64,000 nt of DNA, taken from NCBI GenBank assembly GCA_016180645.1, contig JACPAV010000017.1:1-64000 (forward strand), read 5' to 3'. The notes under the pieces are model-generated. The model was given only the letters and a program-made list of their open reading frames with translations. It did no database searches and had not been told where the DNA came from. The stretch comes from Nitrospirota bacterium. GTDB taxonomy: Bacteria; JACPQY01. A program made the translations under genes and the position numbers. Within the stretch, counting starts at the first letter, position 1; every line of letters begins with the position of its first letter. Below are positions 36,206-45,878 of this stretch, piece after piece.

Positions 36206-36703
36206 ATGCGTCTCCGCCCATTGGGGGTTGTCATCGCGCTCGCAGCAAGCGTGTTCGCATGCGATCAGGTGACGAAGAAGTCGGTTCAGCGGAACATGGA
36301 GCACCTGTCGGCCACTCCCGTGGTTTCATGCTGTCTGAATCTCACCCACGTCCACAATCGGGGAGGGGCCTTTGGGATGTTCTCGGAGACTCGCACCCGA
36401 TGGGGTCGCCTGGCGTTCACCGCATCCTCCTTTCTCGCGCTCGGCTTCCTGCTCTACCTGCTCGCCGTGGCCCCCGCTGAGGCTCGGTTCCAGCGCGTTG
36501 CGCTCTCGATCATCCTTGGGGGAGCGGTGGGAAACCTCTACGATCGGATGGTACAGGGGTTTGTGGTGGATTTTGTCGATGCCCATTGGCGCCACTACCA
36601 TTGGCCGGCCTTCAACGTGGCCGACATGGCCATTACCGTGGGAATCCTGGCCATCCTGGGTGAAATGGTGCTGCAGAAGAGAAGCCCGAAGGCGGCGGGT
36701 TGA
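36206..36703 (+). CDS. lspA: Lipoprotein signal peptidase II
   Basis: [16 protein letters not shown] and NVADMAI motifs, conserved ileS-lspA linkage. Confidence 0.9.
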   Translation: MRLRPLGVVIALAASVFACDQVTKKSVQRNMEHLSATPVVSCCLNLTHVHNRGGAFGMFSETRTRWGRLAFTASSFLALGFLLYLLAVAPAEARFQRVALSIILGGAVGNLYDRMVQGFVVDFVDAHWRHYHWPAFNVADMAITVGILAILGEMVLQKRSPKAAG

Positions 36704-37437
36704 AGCTGAAGGGAAAAGTTGCGCTGGTTACCGGTGCAAGCCGGGGGATCGGCCGAGCCATCGCCGAGGCGTACCTGCGTGAGGGCGCCGAAGTTTTTGC
36801 GTGCGCTCGCGGAGAATTGGACCTGACCTCCGCGGTGCGGGAGATGAGTCGAGAGGGAACGATTCGCTCGCGGGCGGCGGATGTAAGTCAACCGGACCAA
36901 GTGGGACGATTACTGGAAGAGGTGAGCCGTGCGGCGGGTCGATTGGACGTGGTGGTCAACAATGCGGGGGCGGCCGGCGTTCGAGTGCCCATCGAACGGT
37001 ATCCTGCGGACGTTTGGGAAGAGGTGGTCCGGGTGAATGTGATGTCGGTGTTTCTGGTGTCGCGTGAAGCCCTGCCGTTGATGCGGAAATCCGGGGGGGG
37101 GTCGATCATCAATGTGAGCTCTGGCGTGGGGCGCAAAGGCAAGGCGCTCTGGGGAGCCTATGCCGTATCCAAATTCGCAGTCGAAGGGTTTACGCAGACG
37201 CTGGCCGAAGAGATAAAACCCGACGGCATCCGGGTCAACTCCGTCAATCCCGGCGCCACCCGTACCCGAATGCGCGCCCAGTCCTATCCGAACGAGGACC
37301 CCATGACCCTCCCCACGCCGGAATCGTTGGCGCCGATGTTCGTCTATCTCGCGTCCGACGACAGCCGGGAGACGGGCCAGTACTTCGAGGCGCGCGAGTG
37401 GCTGCTCACACACGGCCCTTCGGCCCACGCCGCCTGA
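36700..37437 (+). CDS. SDR-family short-chain dehydrogenase/reductase
   Basis: TGASRGIG glycine motif, NNAG, catalytic YAVSK. Confidence 0.85.
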   Translation: MKLKGKVALVTGASRGIGRAIAEAYLREGAEVFACARGELDLTSAVREMSREGTIRSRAADVSQPDQVGRLLEEVSRAAGRLDVVVNNAGAAGVRVPIERYPADVWEEVVRVNVMSVFLVSREALPLMRKSGGGSIINVSSGVGRKGKALWGAYAVSKFAVEGFTQTLAEEIKPDGIRVNSVNPGATRTRMRAQSYPNEDPMTLPTPESLAPMFVYLASDDSRETGQYFEAREWLLTHGPSAHAA

Positions 37438-37450
37438 TGGAAGGGCCGGC

Positions 37451-38845
37451 TTGAAAAGCTACGGACGATCGACGCTGTGGGGTGGGGTGAGCCGCAAAGC
37501 GGTGCTGCGCGAGGTGGCGAAGTTCGCCAACTCCTTTTCGTTCGATTCCGTTCTCCTCCCGCAGGATCTTGCCCTGAATCGGGCATGGGCCGAAGCCCTC
37601 CGAAACATCGGCATCCTTTCGCGGACGGAAGAACAGAAAATCGTCCGGGGCTTGGATCGAATCGGACGAGCCGGTCGTTCCGGGCGTGCCGCCCACTCCG
37701 GCGATTGGGAAGACGTCCACAGCTACGTGGAGATTACGCTGCACAAGCTTATCGGTGACGCCGCGAAAAAACTTCACACGGGCAAGAGCCGCAACGATCA
37801 GGTGGCAACCGACCTTCGAATGTACGTCATAGATCGCCTCACCGTGTTGGACAGGGCCTTGAGTGGGGCGATGCGGAGCCTGTTGGTCCTGGCTGATCGA
37901 AACGTGAAGGTCATTTTTCCTTCCTACACTCACCTTCGTCAAGCCCAGCCGGTTCTTTTCGCCCATATTGCCCTCGCGTACTTCTCCATGCTCAAGCGTG
38001 ATCGGACGGGTCTCGGAAATGTGTTTTGCCTCGCGGATGAACTGCCTCTCGGTTCGGCCGCCGTGGGGGGAACGGCCTATGCCGTGGACCGTAAGCTGTT
38101 GGCGCGCCGTCTTGGATTCAGCCGAATCAGCTCGAACAGTATCGATGCCGTGGGCGACCGCGATTTTGTCATTCAATTCCACGCGTGGGGAGCGCAGCTC
38201 ATGGCCCACCTGTCACGAATATCGGAGGACCTGATTTTGTGGTCGTCGGACGAATGGGGGTTCATCCAGCTTCCTGCTGAATACTGCACGGGTTCGAGCC
38301 TGCTTCCGCAGAAACTGAATCCGGACGTCCTCGAACTGATCCGGGGGAAAACGGCGCGCGTCGTGGGCAATGCCGTCCAGTCACTGGCGCTCGTTAAGGG
38401 CCTCCCCACGTCCTACAGCCGCGACTTGCAGGAGGACAAGGAGAGTCTGTTCAGTACGGCCGAAACGGTCGAATCGTGTTTGAAACTGATCTCGGGACTT
38501 CTCGGTGGACTCCGGGTGGATGCCCGGCGTTCAGTGGCCGCGATGAGCAAAGGTTTTGTGCTGGCAACGGATCTGGCTGACGCCTTGGTGGAAAGGGGCG
38601 TCCCCTTCCGCGAGGCGCATGGCGCCGTCAGCGCCATGGTCAGGTGGTGCATCGAGAACGATCGCGGAATGAAGGAGGTCCCCGAGGCGGTCCTTCGGGA
38701 GATTTCAACCCGGCTCGATCGACGTCTTGTACAAGGCCTGTCTCTGGAAGCGTCCGTCAGACGCCGTTCCAATATCGGCGGAACGTCACCCTCGGAGGTT
38801 CGCAGACAGATCCGCGAGGCACGAAAGGATCTTCTGAAGGGATGA
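37451..38845 (+). CDS. argH: Argininosuccinate lyase
   Basis: LWGG start region, fumarate-lyase signature GSSLLPQKLNPD. Confidence 0.9.
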   Translation: MKSYGRSTLWGGVSRKAVLREVAKFANSFSFDSVLLPQDLALNRAWAEALRNIGILSRTEEQKIVRGLDRIGRAGRSGRAAHSGDWEDVHSYVEITLHKLIGDAAKKLHTGKSRNDQVATDLRMYVIDRLTVLDRALSGAMRSLLVLADRNVKVIFPSYTHLRQAQPVLFAHIALAYFSMLKRDRTGLGNVFCLADELPLGSAAVGGTAYAVDRKLLARRLGFSRISSNSIDAVGDRDFVIQFHAWGAQLMAHLSRISEDLILWSSDEWGFIQLPAEYCTGSSLLPQKLNPDVLELIRGKTARVVGNAVQSLALVKGLPTSYSRDLQEDKESLFSTAETVESCLKLISGLLGGLRVDARRSVAAMSKGFVLATDLADALVERGVPFREAHGAVSAMVRWCIENDRGMKEVPEAVLREISTRLDRRLVQGLSLEASVRRRSNIGGTSPSEVRRQIREARKDLLKG

Positions 38846-38894
38846 CCCCCTCACCCTTCGACGCGCTCAGGGTGAGCGGTCTACTGCACCGTTC

Positions 38895-39395
38895 GTGGTG
38901 AGCCTGTCGAACCATGAACGGGGGCCGGTTGCCTCTCACTTTCTTGACAAGACCGCTGTCTTCCTCGCAACCGGCTGCGGTGTAGGCTTCATTCCCTGGG
39001 CGCCGGGAACGTGGGGGACGTTCGCCGCCGCCGCACTTTTCGGATTCCTCCTCCGTGGACTGTCGAATGGGGCCTATGTGGGTCTTGTGGCCGGCCTCTT
39101 CGCGGCTTCCATCTGGATCAGCCAACGGGCGGCGCTGGCGATGGGGAGAATCGACCCGAAGGAAGTGGTTATTGACGAGTTTGTCGGGTTCTACGTGACC
39201 ATGTTCTTTCTTCCCAGCGATTGGATGACCATTGCGGCGGGAGTCCTGTTCTTCCGAATCTTCGACATCACGAAAGTGTTTCCGGCCCGTCCGCTCGACA
39301 AGAAACTTCCGGGCGGCTGGGGGATCGTCGTCGACGACGTCGTGGCAGGCGTCTACGCCAACCTCAGTGTGCGCCTCATCCTCGCGATAACGTGA
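38895..39395 (+). CDS. pgpA: Phosphatidylglycerophosphatase A
   Basis: GCGVGFIPWAPGTWGT motif of PgpA. Confidence 0.8.
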   Translation: MVSLSNHERGPVASHFLDKTAVFLATGCGVGFIPWAPGTWGTFAAAALFGFLLRGLSNGAYVGLVAGLFAASIWISQRAALAMGRIDPKEVVIDEFVGFYVTMFFLPSDWMTIAAGVLFFRIFDITKVFPARPLDKKLPGGWGIVVDDVVAGVYANLSVRLILAIT

Positions 39396-40639
39396 TCCGA
39401 ACGATCCTGCTCCACATCGGCAACGAACTCCTTCGCGGAGAAACGATCAACACCAACGCCTCGACGATCTCACGAATTCTCTTCGAGTCGGGGTATCCGG
39501 TCCTGCGGCAGCTCGTGGTGAGCGACACCCCGTACGACATCCAGAAGGCGCTGCTCGATTCCTGCGCCGAGGCGGATTTCGTGATCTGCACGGGAGGGCT
39601 GGGCCCGACGACGGACGACTTGACGGCGGAGGCCGCGGCGCAGGCCTTCGGGATGCCGCTGAAAGAAAATCCGAAGGCGTGGAAGATGGTGCAGGACCGT
39701 TTCGCGTTTCTGGGGCGGGATCCCACCGGCAAGGATCGGAAGCAGGCGTTGCTCCCTGAAGGGTCTGTCGTGCTGGAAAACGCCTGGGGCACGGCTCCCG
39801 GTTTCTACGTGCGGCACAAATCGGCCACGGCCTTCTTTCTCCCGGGCGTTCCCCGCGAGATGGAACCGATGTTGAACATGCACGTCCTTTCGGTCATGCG
39901 GACGAGCAAACCGCCGAAGGAGGAGATTCATTCCCTTTCCTTGCTGGTATTCGGGATTCGCGAAGCGCGGATGAATGAGATCCTCGATCCGGTCATTCGG
40001 GAATTCTCGGATCTCCAGGTCGCCTTTCTGCCTCGCTATCCGGATATCACCTTGAGATTGACGGGTATCGGTGTTCCGCCGGAGCGAATCAAGACGGCGG
40101 CGGACGGCATTCGAAAACGCCTGGGAACGCACATCGTCGGGGAGGGGGAGACAACGATTGAGGGTACCGTGGCGAAACTCCTCAGGGAGAAGGGACTGAC
40201 GATGGCGGTGGCGGAATCCTGCACGGGCGGTCTGATCGCAAAACGGCTGACCGACATCCCGGGCAGTTCGGAATACTTCGAACGCGGTATCGTCAGCTAC
40301 AGCAACGAATCCAAGATCAAGGCTTTGGGAGTCTCGGCGGACATTCTGGCTGAGCACGGCTCGGTCAGTCGCGAGACCGCCTCCGAAATGGCCCGGCGAA
40401 TCCGATTTCTGTCGGGGACGCGCATCGGCCTTTCCGTGACGGGCATCGCAGGACCGACGGGTGGATCACCCGAGAAGCCCTTGGGGCTGGTGTACATCGG
40501 CCTGTGCACGGGCGATGAGCCGAGTGTCGTCGAACACCGGCTCAAGGGCACGCGGGAGCAGATCCGGCTGCTTGCCTCCAGCCTGGCGTTGGACCTGCTT
40601 CGGAGGTACCTCCTCGGAAGTGGGGATGTGGTGAAGTAA
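39392..40639 (+). CDS. cinA: CinA-family protein (competence/damage-inducible; C-terminal NMN deamidase PncC-like)
   Basis: MocF-like N-domain and C-terminal CinA domain (AVAESCTGGLIA). GTG start overlaps the pgpA stop (GTGA). Confidence 0.8.
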   Translation: MIRTILLHIGNELLRGETINTNASTISRILFESGYPVLRQLVVSDTPYDIQKALLDSCAEADFVICTGGLGPTTDDLTAEAAAQAFGMPLKENPKAWKMVQDRFAFLGRDPTGKDRKQALLPEGSVVLENAWGTAPGFYVRHKSATAFFLPGVPREMEPMLNMHVLSVMRTSKPPKEEIHSLSLLVFGIREARMNEILDPVIREFSDLQVAFLPRYPDITLRLTGIGVPPERIKTAADGIRKRLGTHIVGEGETTIEGTVAKLLREKGLTMAVAESCTGGLIAKRLTDIPGSSEYFERGIVSYSNESKIKALGVSADILAEHGSVSRETASEMARRIRFLSGTRIGLSVTGIAGPTGGSPEKPLGLVYIGLCTGDEPSVVEHRLKGTREQIRLLASSLALDLLRRYLLGSGDVVK

Positions 40640-40725
40640 TCATGTAGCCATGTGGGAGGATCAAGCCCCGTGCGCTTTGCTCCTGATGACCCGATGACTA
40701 TATGGCTACTTGATTACATTCCCCC

Positions 40726-41295
40726 ATGCGCTGCTTCATTGCCATCGAGATTGACGCCGCCGTCCGCGAGCGCCTTGCCGCAGCCCAGGACGACCTCCGG
40801 CCGCACGTGTCGGGAGTGAGCTGGACGAAGCCGGACAATATCCACCTGACGCTGAAGTTTCTCGGAGAGATCGAAGACAAACGCGCCAATCGCGCCATGC
40901 GCGTGCTGACGGAGCTTGCGCTGCGTCTCACGGGGGGAAACGTCGAATCGAAAGGGGTGGGCTGTTTCCCCAATTTGAAAAATCCCCGGGTCATCTGGGC
41001 CGGACTGGCGGACGAGGCGGGTCTCCTCCATTCCACGGCCCAGGCCATCGAGGGTGAACTCTCAAAAATCGGGTTCCCGCGCGAGCGCCGGCCCTTTCGT
41101 GCCCATCTGACGTTGGGTCGCGTCCGTGAGAGCTTTCGTGCGCCGGATTTCCCGAACCAACTCGCGCGTAATGGCAACCGGCCGTTCGGCCCGACCGTTG
41201 TCCGCGAGCTCACCTTCTTCCAAAGCCGGCTCGATCCCAAGGGTTCCATCTACACCCCCCTCGGCCGGTTTCCGCTCCAAAGGAATCCTGGATGA
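40726..41295 (+). CDS. thpR: RNA 2',3'-cyclic phosphodiesterase (2H family, ThpR/LigT)
   Basis: Two H-x-T/S-x motifs (HLTLKF, HLTLGR). Confidence 0.8.
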   Translation: MRCFIAIEIDAAVRERLAAAQDDLRPHVSGVSWTKPDNIHLTLKFLGEIEDKRANRAMRVLTELALRLTGGNVESKGVGCFPNLKNPRVIWAGLADEAGLLHSTAQAIEGELSKIGFPRERRPFRAHLTLGRVRESFRAPDFPNQLARNGNRPFGPTVVRELTFFQSRLDPKGSIYTPLGRFPLQRNPG

Positions 41296-41310
41296 AAAGC
41301 TGTCCCAACG

Positions 41311-41359
41311 GGAGTATAATCGGTGACAGTATACTCTATTACGACTAATTAGAGTATAC
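41311..41359. repeat. Perfect 19-bp inverted repeat with 11-nt loop (AT-rich) between convergent genes
   Basis: TCGGTGACAGTATACTCTA ttacgactaat TAGAGTATACTGTCACCGA. Lies between the thpR stop and the MFS stop. Candidate bidirectional terminator or protein-binding/MITE-like site. Confidence 0.5.
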
Positions 41360-41371
41360 TGTCACCGAATA

Positions 41372-42922
41372 CTAGCGGCCGGCGCCGGTCACGCTGTTGG
41401 GGTTGACGAGTTGGCTCGCCTTGCCCTTCGGTACCATCCAGGGAGAGGGGAGGGCGAGGAGTGACGCGATGAAAGCGATCCAGAACACGCCGTGGAGGGC
41501 ATAGCTGAGGGCGCCCTTCAACCGTTCGCGGGCTTCCGGTGGAAGCGAGGACTCGCCATTTCCGTTGTGTGAAAGAATCAACTGAAGCTCATGGAGGTTG
41601 GCCCCCTGCATGGCAGGGTCCTTGGAGGTCAGCCGTTCGTTCATCACGGCTCCCATGATCGAGAGACCGATCGTGGCGCCGACGTTTCGGAAAAAGACGA
41701 TACCCGAAGTGGCGATCCCGAGTTCACTCCGCACCACTCCGCTCTGAACCGCGATCAGCATCGGAACGAATCCGAAACCCATGCCGGTCCCGGCCACCGC
41801 GAGACTGCCAACCACCTCCTTCTTTGTTGTTCTGGTGTCCATCCCGCGAAGGGACAGGAAGCCGACGGCGAGGAGTGCCACGCCGGCAATGAGGACTTTC
41901 CGATACCCGACCGAAAGGATGAGCCGCGCGCTGATCACGGATGAAAAAACCCACGTCAGGATGAACGGCGTCAGGAGTTGCCCCGCCTGCATGGCCGTGG
42001 TTTTCATCACGCCCTGGGCGAACAGCGGAACGAACGAGAGCGAGCCGAACATCGCCATGGCTGAGAAAAAGCCATGGAAAATCGCCGCCCGGAAGATGCG
42101 GTTCCTCCACAGTCCGAGAGGGATCAATGGAGAGGCGCTCCGGCGTTCCGAGCGTACGAAGAGGACAAGCAGGCCCGCCGAAATCACCGGCATACCCCAC
42201 AGAAGCCGCCTGACGCCGCCGCCGTGGGCGCCGTACTGCAGCAAAAAACCGACCAAGAGCGTAATCGATGCCGCGAAGAGAAAAAGATTCCGGAGGTCGA
42301 GTCTCGGTCGTCCCACGGGAGCAGCGGATCCCCTCCACGTGGCCACGATTACGGCGGCCGAGAGCGCGCCCAGCGGAATGTTGATGAAAAAAGCCCAACG
42401 CCAGAGTCCCAGATCGGCGAGTGTCCCGCCGATGATCGGTCCCACGAGGCTGGCCAGGCCCCAGATTCCGCTGATGATGCCTTGGAGGCGCGCGCGTTGT
42501 TCGAGCGGGAAGGTCTCACCGACCATCGTCATCCCGATCGGCATGAGCCCGCCACCTCCCAGGCCCTGAAGGAATCGGAACACGCAGAGTTGCACCATCG
42601 TCGTCGCGAAACCGCACAGGGCGGATCCGGTGATGAAGATGGCAATCGCAAACAAGTAGAAACGTCCCTTGCCATACAGATCGGATAGCCGGCCCCACAC
42701 CGGTCCGGCGAGCGTGGCGGAGAGGACGTACGCGGAGAAGACCCAGCTGAACAGATCGATTCGGTGAAGCGATGCGATGGCTGTGGGCATGGAAGTGCTG
42801 ATGACCGTCGATTCCATCGCCATCAGGAAAATACCGAGCGACACGCCGACCATCAGGGTGGTCTTTTGCCTCCGCGTCATGACTTCCAGGGACGACGCCA
42901 GGACTTCTGCGTTAGCCGACAT
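41372..42922 (-). CDS. MFS transporter, DHA2-like (14 TMS) drug/metabolite efflux
   Basis: MFS motifs GRLSDLYGKGRF and LQGLGGGGLMP. ~14 hydrophobic segments. Confidence 0.85.
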   Translation of the reverse strand: MSANAEVLASSLEVMTRRQKTTLMVGVSLGIFLMAMESTVISTSMPTAIASLHRIDLFSWVFSAYVLSATLAGPVWGRLSDLYGKGRFYLFAIAIFITGSALCGFATTMVQLCVFRFLQGLGGGGLMPIGMTMVGETFPLEQRARLQGIISGIWGLASLVGPIIGGTLADLGLWRWAFFINIPLGALSAAVIVATWRGSAAPVGRPRLDLRNLFLFAASITLLVGFLLQYGAHGGGVRRLLWGMPVISAGLLVLFVRSERRSASPLIPLGLWRNRIFRAAIFHGFFSAMAMFGSLSFVPLFAQGVMKTTAMQAGQLLTPFILTWVFSSVISARLILSVGYRKVLIAGVALLAVGFLSLRGMDTRTTKKEVVGSLAVAGTGMGFGFVPMLIAVQSGVVRSELGIATSGIVFFRNVGATIGLSIMGAVMNERLTSKDPAMQGANLHELQLILSHNGNGESSLPPEARERLKGALSYALHGVFWIAFIASLLALPSPWMVPKGKASQLVNPNSVTGAGR

Positions 42923-43913
42923 GTTTCAAGACGGTATCGTACAGCTTCTGCTCTCGGTCCGCCTGCGCGCGTACTCGTCCGGCGATCGATTCGAACGCAT
43001 CCGGCCGCTCCTTCTCACTCTCCTGCTTGAGGAGTTGGGAGATATCGCTCCACTCCTGACCGATCTCCTGCATCAGGGCGGACAGACGCAGGGGCCGCAG
43101 CGCGGGGAGGATCCGCTCCGCCTCGCGGAGGAATTCGGCGTACAGGAGTCGAAAAGCTCCGCCGCCCGTCCCACGCTTCTCGATGATCTGATAGGTAAAT
43201 CGGGCACACCACTTCCAATCGGCGACTTCGCCCCAGCCCGGGAGATTGTCCGCCAGGGTCCGAATGGCGGCGACCCCCTTGTTCGCGGGGAACTGGCTGT
43301 CTTCCAGCATGTCCGATGCCTGCTTGCGGAGTGCGGGGGCGATCCAATCGACGGGGCCGCCTTGGAGCGAATCCACCCGTCCACGGAACCAGTTGTAGGC
43401 GACCGGCATCGGGAAGGCCTGGGAGCTTCGGGCCTTGGCCATGTCGTCGAACGAAACTTCCTGGAGTCCGGGAAACTGTGTGTCGCCGACGTAACAAAGC
43501 CGTTTTTCGTCGTCGAACCCCCACAACACGATGACATGACCGGAAAATGAAGTCTGCGTCTTGTAGTAGTGGAGATATTTCAGATCGCACTGGATGAGCA
43601 ATGGCACACCGGCGGATATTTCACGTCGCATGATGTCGAAGGCGGTCTCGCGCCCCTCTTCGATGTTCCAGACAAACGGCTGCCCGATGGCGTGGAAGAA
43701 GTTCGGTTCGAGGCCCGCACTGCGCGTGGCGACCATCCGTGAAGGGCTGAGCCCGTCCATGGGGATGAAGAAAAACCCGAGTCCCGATCCCAATCCGAAA
43801 CAGAACGCTTCGGAAAAGGGGTGCCCGCTGAATGTCATCAGATCCGAAAGCGAGGTCGATCCGCAGTGCCGCCCCGGATTGTGGACCCATCCGGGAATGA
43901 TGTTGGAGGGCAT
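42912..43913 (-). CDS. BtrH_N / DUF4872-family protein (papain-like fold, hypothetical)
   Basis: HCGSTSLSDLMTFSGHPFSEAFCFGLGSGLGF resembles the BtrH N-terminal domain. Overlaps the MFS start by 11 nt. Confidence 0.5.
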   Translation of the reverse strand: MPSNIIPGWVHNPGRHCGSTSLSDLMTFSGHPFSEAFCFGLGSGLGFFFIPMDGLSPSRMVATRSAGLEPNFFHAIGQPFVWNIEEGRETAFDIMRREISAGVPLLIQCDLKYLHYYKTQTSFSGHVIVLWGFDDEKRLCYVGDTQFPGLQEVSFDDMAKARSSQAFPMPVAYNWFRGRVDSLQGGPVDWIAPALRKQASDMLEDSQFPANKGVAAIRTLADNLPGWGEVADWKWCARFTYQIIEKRGTGGGAFRLLYAEFLREAERILPALRPLRLSALMQEIGQEWSDISQLLKQESEKERPDAFESIAGRVRAQADREQKLYDTVLKHVG

Positions 43914-44012
43914 GAAGCTAACGCGGTTCGACCATGAAGATCATCGCCGGCCGACTCTCCCGCCCCTCGACTCGGAAACGCGGGAGTGTTCAGCCGGCAA
44001 GGTGAAAGCGAA

Positions 44013-44333
44013 TCAGACTTTGCCCTGGAGGAGGAACGTGACGACGAAGGAAAGCAGGACGAGCGATTCGACGAAGGCGATGCCGAGAATGAATGGGACG
44101 AACATTTGCCCGGAGGCGGCGGGGTTCCGCGAAATGCCTTCGAGGGCGGAGCCGGCCACCTTGCCCTGTCCCAGAGCGCCGCCGAACGAGGCCAACGCCA
44201 CGCCGATCCCCGCGCCGAGAGCGATCAAGCCTCGACCCGGCGTGGCAGCGCCGGCTTCCTCCGCCATTGCGAGTGCGGGAATCATCCAGACGGCCGCAGC
44301 CACCATCGTTTGACCCAGAATCCGTTTCACCAT
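44013..44333 (-). CDS. atpE: F0F1 ATP synthase subunit c, with ~30 aa N-terminal extension
   Basis: GLIALGAGIGVALASFGGALGQGKVAGSALEGISRNPAASGQMFVPFILGIAFVESLVL. Conserved c-subunit helical hairpin with the proton-binding Glu. Confidence 0.8.
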   Translation of the reverse strand: MVKRILGQTMVAAAVWMIPALAMAEEAGAATPGRGLIALGAGIGVALASFGGALGQGKVAGSALEGISRNPAASGQMFVPFILGIAFVESLVLLSFVVTFLLQGKV

Positions 44334-44358
44334 GTTGTTCCTTCCTTTCGGTTGAAGC

Positions 44359-45054
44359 CTAGTGCTCGTGCGATACGGCAAGGCCGATGTATACAGCAGA
44401 AAGCAGGGCGAACACAAATGCCTGAATGATCGAAACCAGCGTCCCGAGCAGGAGCATGGCCACGGGCAGGACGAGGGGCACCAGCCCCGAAATCGTTTCG
44501 AAGGCCATGTGATCGGCCGTCATGTTGGCCATGAGACGAATGGTCAGCGTCACCGGACGGACCCCGTGGCTGAAGGCCTCGATGATGAGCATGAGCGGGG
44601 CGATGTAGATGACCGGCCCCATGAACTGTTTGACGTATTTCCAGCCGTGGGCACGGATCCCCACGGCGTTGTAGTAGATGAAGGAGATCAGCGCGAGTCC
44701 CATGTTGGTCGCGAAGATGCGTGTGGGAGGGAGAAAGCCGGGGATCAGTCCCAGCAGATTCGAAACCAGGATGGCGAGGAAGAGCGAACCGATAAAGGGG
44801 ACATATCGGTCTCCGTCGTGCCCGATCAGCCCGCGGAGAAAATTCCGCAAGGCCCGCACGGCAAGAAGGACAATATGGGCGAGGGTGCCCGCCTTCTTGG
44901 GATTGCCATTGACGTGGGCGATTTCGGATTTGATCCACACCCCTGCAAGAACCAGAAGACAGACGACGATGCCGAATGTAACCGTGTTTTCGGGGAAGTC
45001 CTTCAGCAGGGGGATGTGCTCGACGTAGGTGAATGGCTTGTGCTCGGCGGTCAT
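44359..45054 (-). CDS. atpB: F0F1 ATP synthase subunit a
   Basis: Conserved a-subunit TM4-5 region (LTIRLMANMTADHM with the essential Arg). Confidence 0.85.
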   Translation of the reverse strand: MTAEHKPFTYVEHIPLLKDFPENTVTFGIVVCLLVLAGVWIKSEIAHVNGNPKKAGTLAHIVLLAVRALRNFLRGLIGHDGDRYVPFIGSLFLAILVSNLLGLIPGFLPPTRIFATNMGLALISFIYYNAVGIRAHGWKYVKQFMGPVIYIAPLMLIIEAFSHGVRPVTLTIRLMANMTADHMAFETISGLVPLVLPVAMLLLGTLVSIIQAFVFALLSAVYIGLAVSHEH

Positions 45055-45500
45055 TCCTGAACCTTCCTCCCGTACAGGCATGCGGCCACCGTCAGGGATG
45101 CCGGAAGAGTCAGGAACCCTGCTGCGAAGGAGAGGGGCTCAAGCCGGAGCCCTCTCATGCAAGCCCACACGATGCCGAAGAAAACCAGCGGTTTGACCAG
45201 AATGAGCGCCCTCGCGACCATGACGCGCCGGCGGGTCGACTCCGAGGGAGCCACGAAGAGTGGATAGGCGGCCCGCAGGAGAGCCCAGAAGAAAAAGGCG
45301 CCCAGCGCCCCGCCGCAGAGAAGGGAGAAGGCCGCATCCGTGGAGAGCGCGACCGTGCCCAGAACGGTGGCGGCAAGACCCAAGGCGTGCGTTCGTTGAA
45401 ATCGGCGGGAGATGAGTGTGAAGGAATCGGCGGTCATCCCGCCACCTGCGACAGGCGCGAAAGCGCCTCGTTCCGAGTCGGTCGCAGGTGGTGGGATCAT
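45051..45500 (-). CDS. atpI: ATP synthase protein I-like hydrophobic protein
   Basis: Small polytopic membrane protein between atpZ and atpB, as in atpZ-I-B-E operons. Confidence 0.5.
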   Translation of the reverse strand: MIPPPATDSERGAFAPVAGGGMTADSFTLISRRFQRTHALGLAATVLGTVALSTDAAFSLLCGGALGAFFFWALLRAAYPLFVAPSESTRRRVMVARALILVKPLVFFGIVWACMRGLRLEPLSFAAGFLTLPASLTVAACLYGRKVQE

Positions 45501-45742
45501 GTTTCGGACCTAAATTTCTTGTTCAACCTGAAGAGATTCAATAGACTGACGGCGAACCCCGCGACCACCCCCAGCATCAGCCCCCACGGGGAGATCGAGG
45601 TTGAGCGGTCGATCCACATTCCACCCAGGGCGCCGGCCAGGATGGGCAACGTCGACTCGATGGCCATCGCGTAGTAATAGGTCCAATTCTTCCATGGTCC
45701 GCTTCCCGGGTCCGGTTTCGGTGGTTCCTCTAACATAGGCAC
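45497..45742 (-). CDS. atpZ: AtpZ-family (ATPase gene1) small membrane protein
   Basis: 81 aa with two TM helices. First gene of the atp F0 block. Confidence 0.55.
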   Translation of the reverse strand: MPMLEEPPKPDPGSGPWKNWTYYYAMAIESTLPILAGALGGMWIDRSTSISPWGLMLGVVAGFAVSLLNLFRLNKKFRSET

Positions 45743-45878
45743 GGCGAGAAATCAAAACAGCGCATTGCGGAATTATACGGCAAGGGAAGGATCTTCTCGA
45801 CTTGTCCGGCGATTGTCTCTACAATCGGGCGGCCTGTTGTCCCGGCCATCCGGGAAGATGACCCGAAGGAGGTTTGGC

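Noticed and set aside
39221-39391. N-terminal 57 aa of the cinA ORF as listed (starting 39221)
   Set aside because: This segment overlaps pgpA in another frame. CinA homology begins at the GTG at 39392 (VIRTILLHIGNELL), so the upstream part is an ORF-calling extension.
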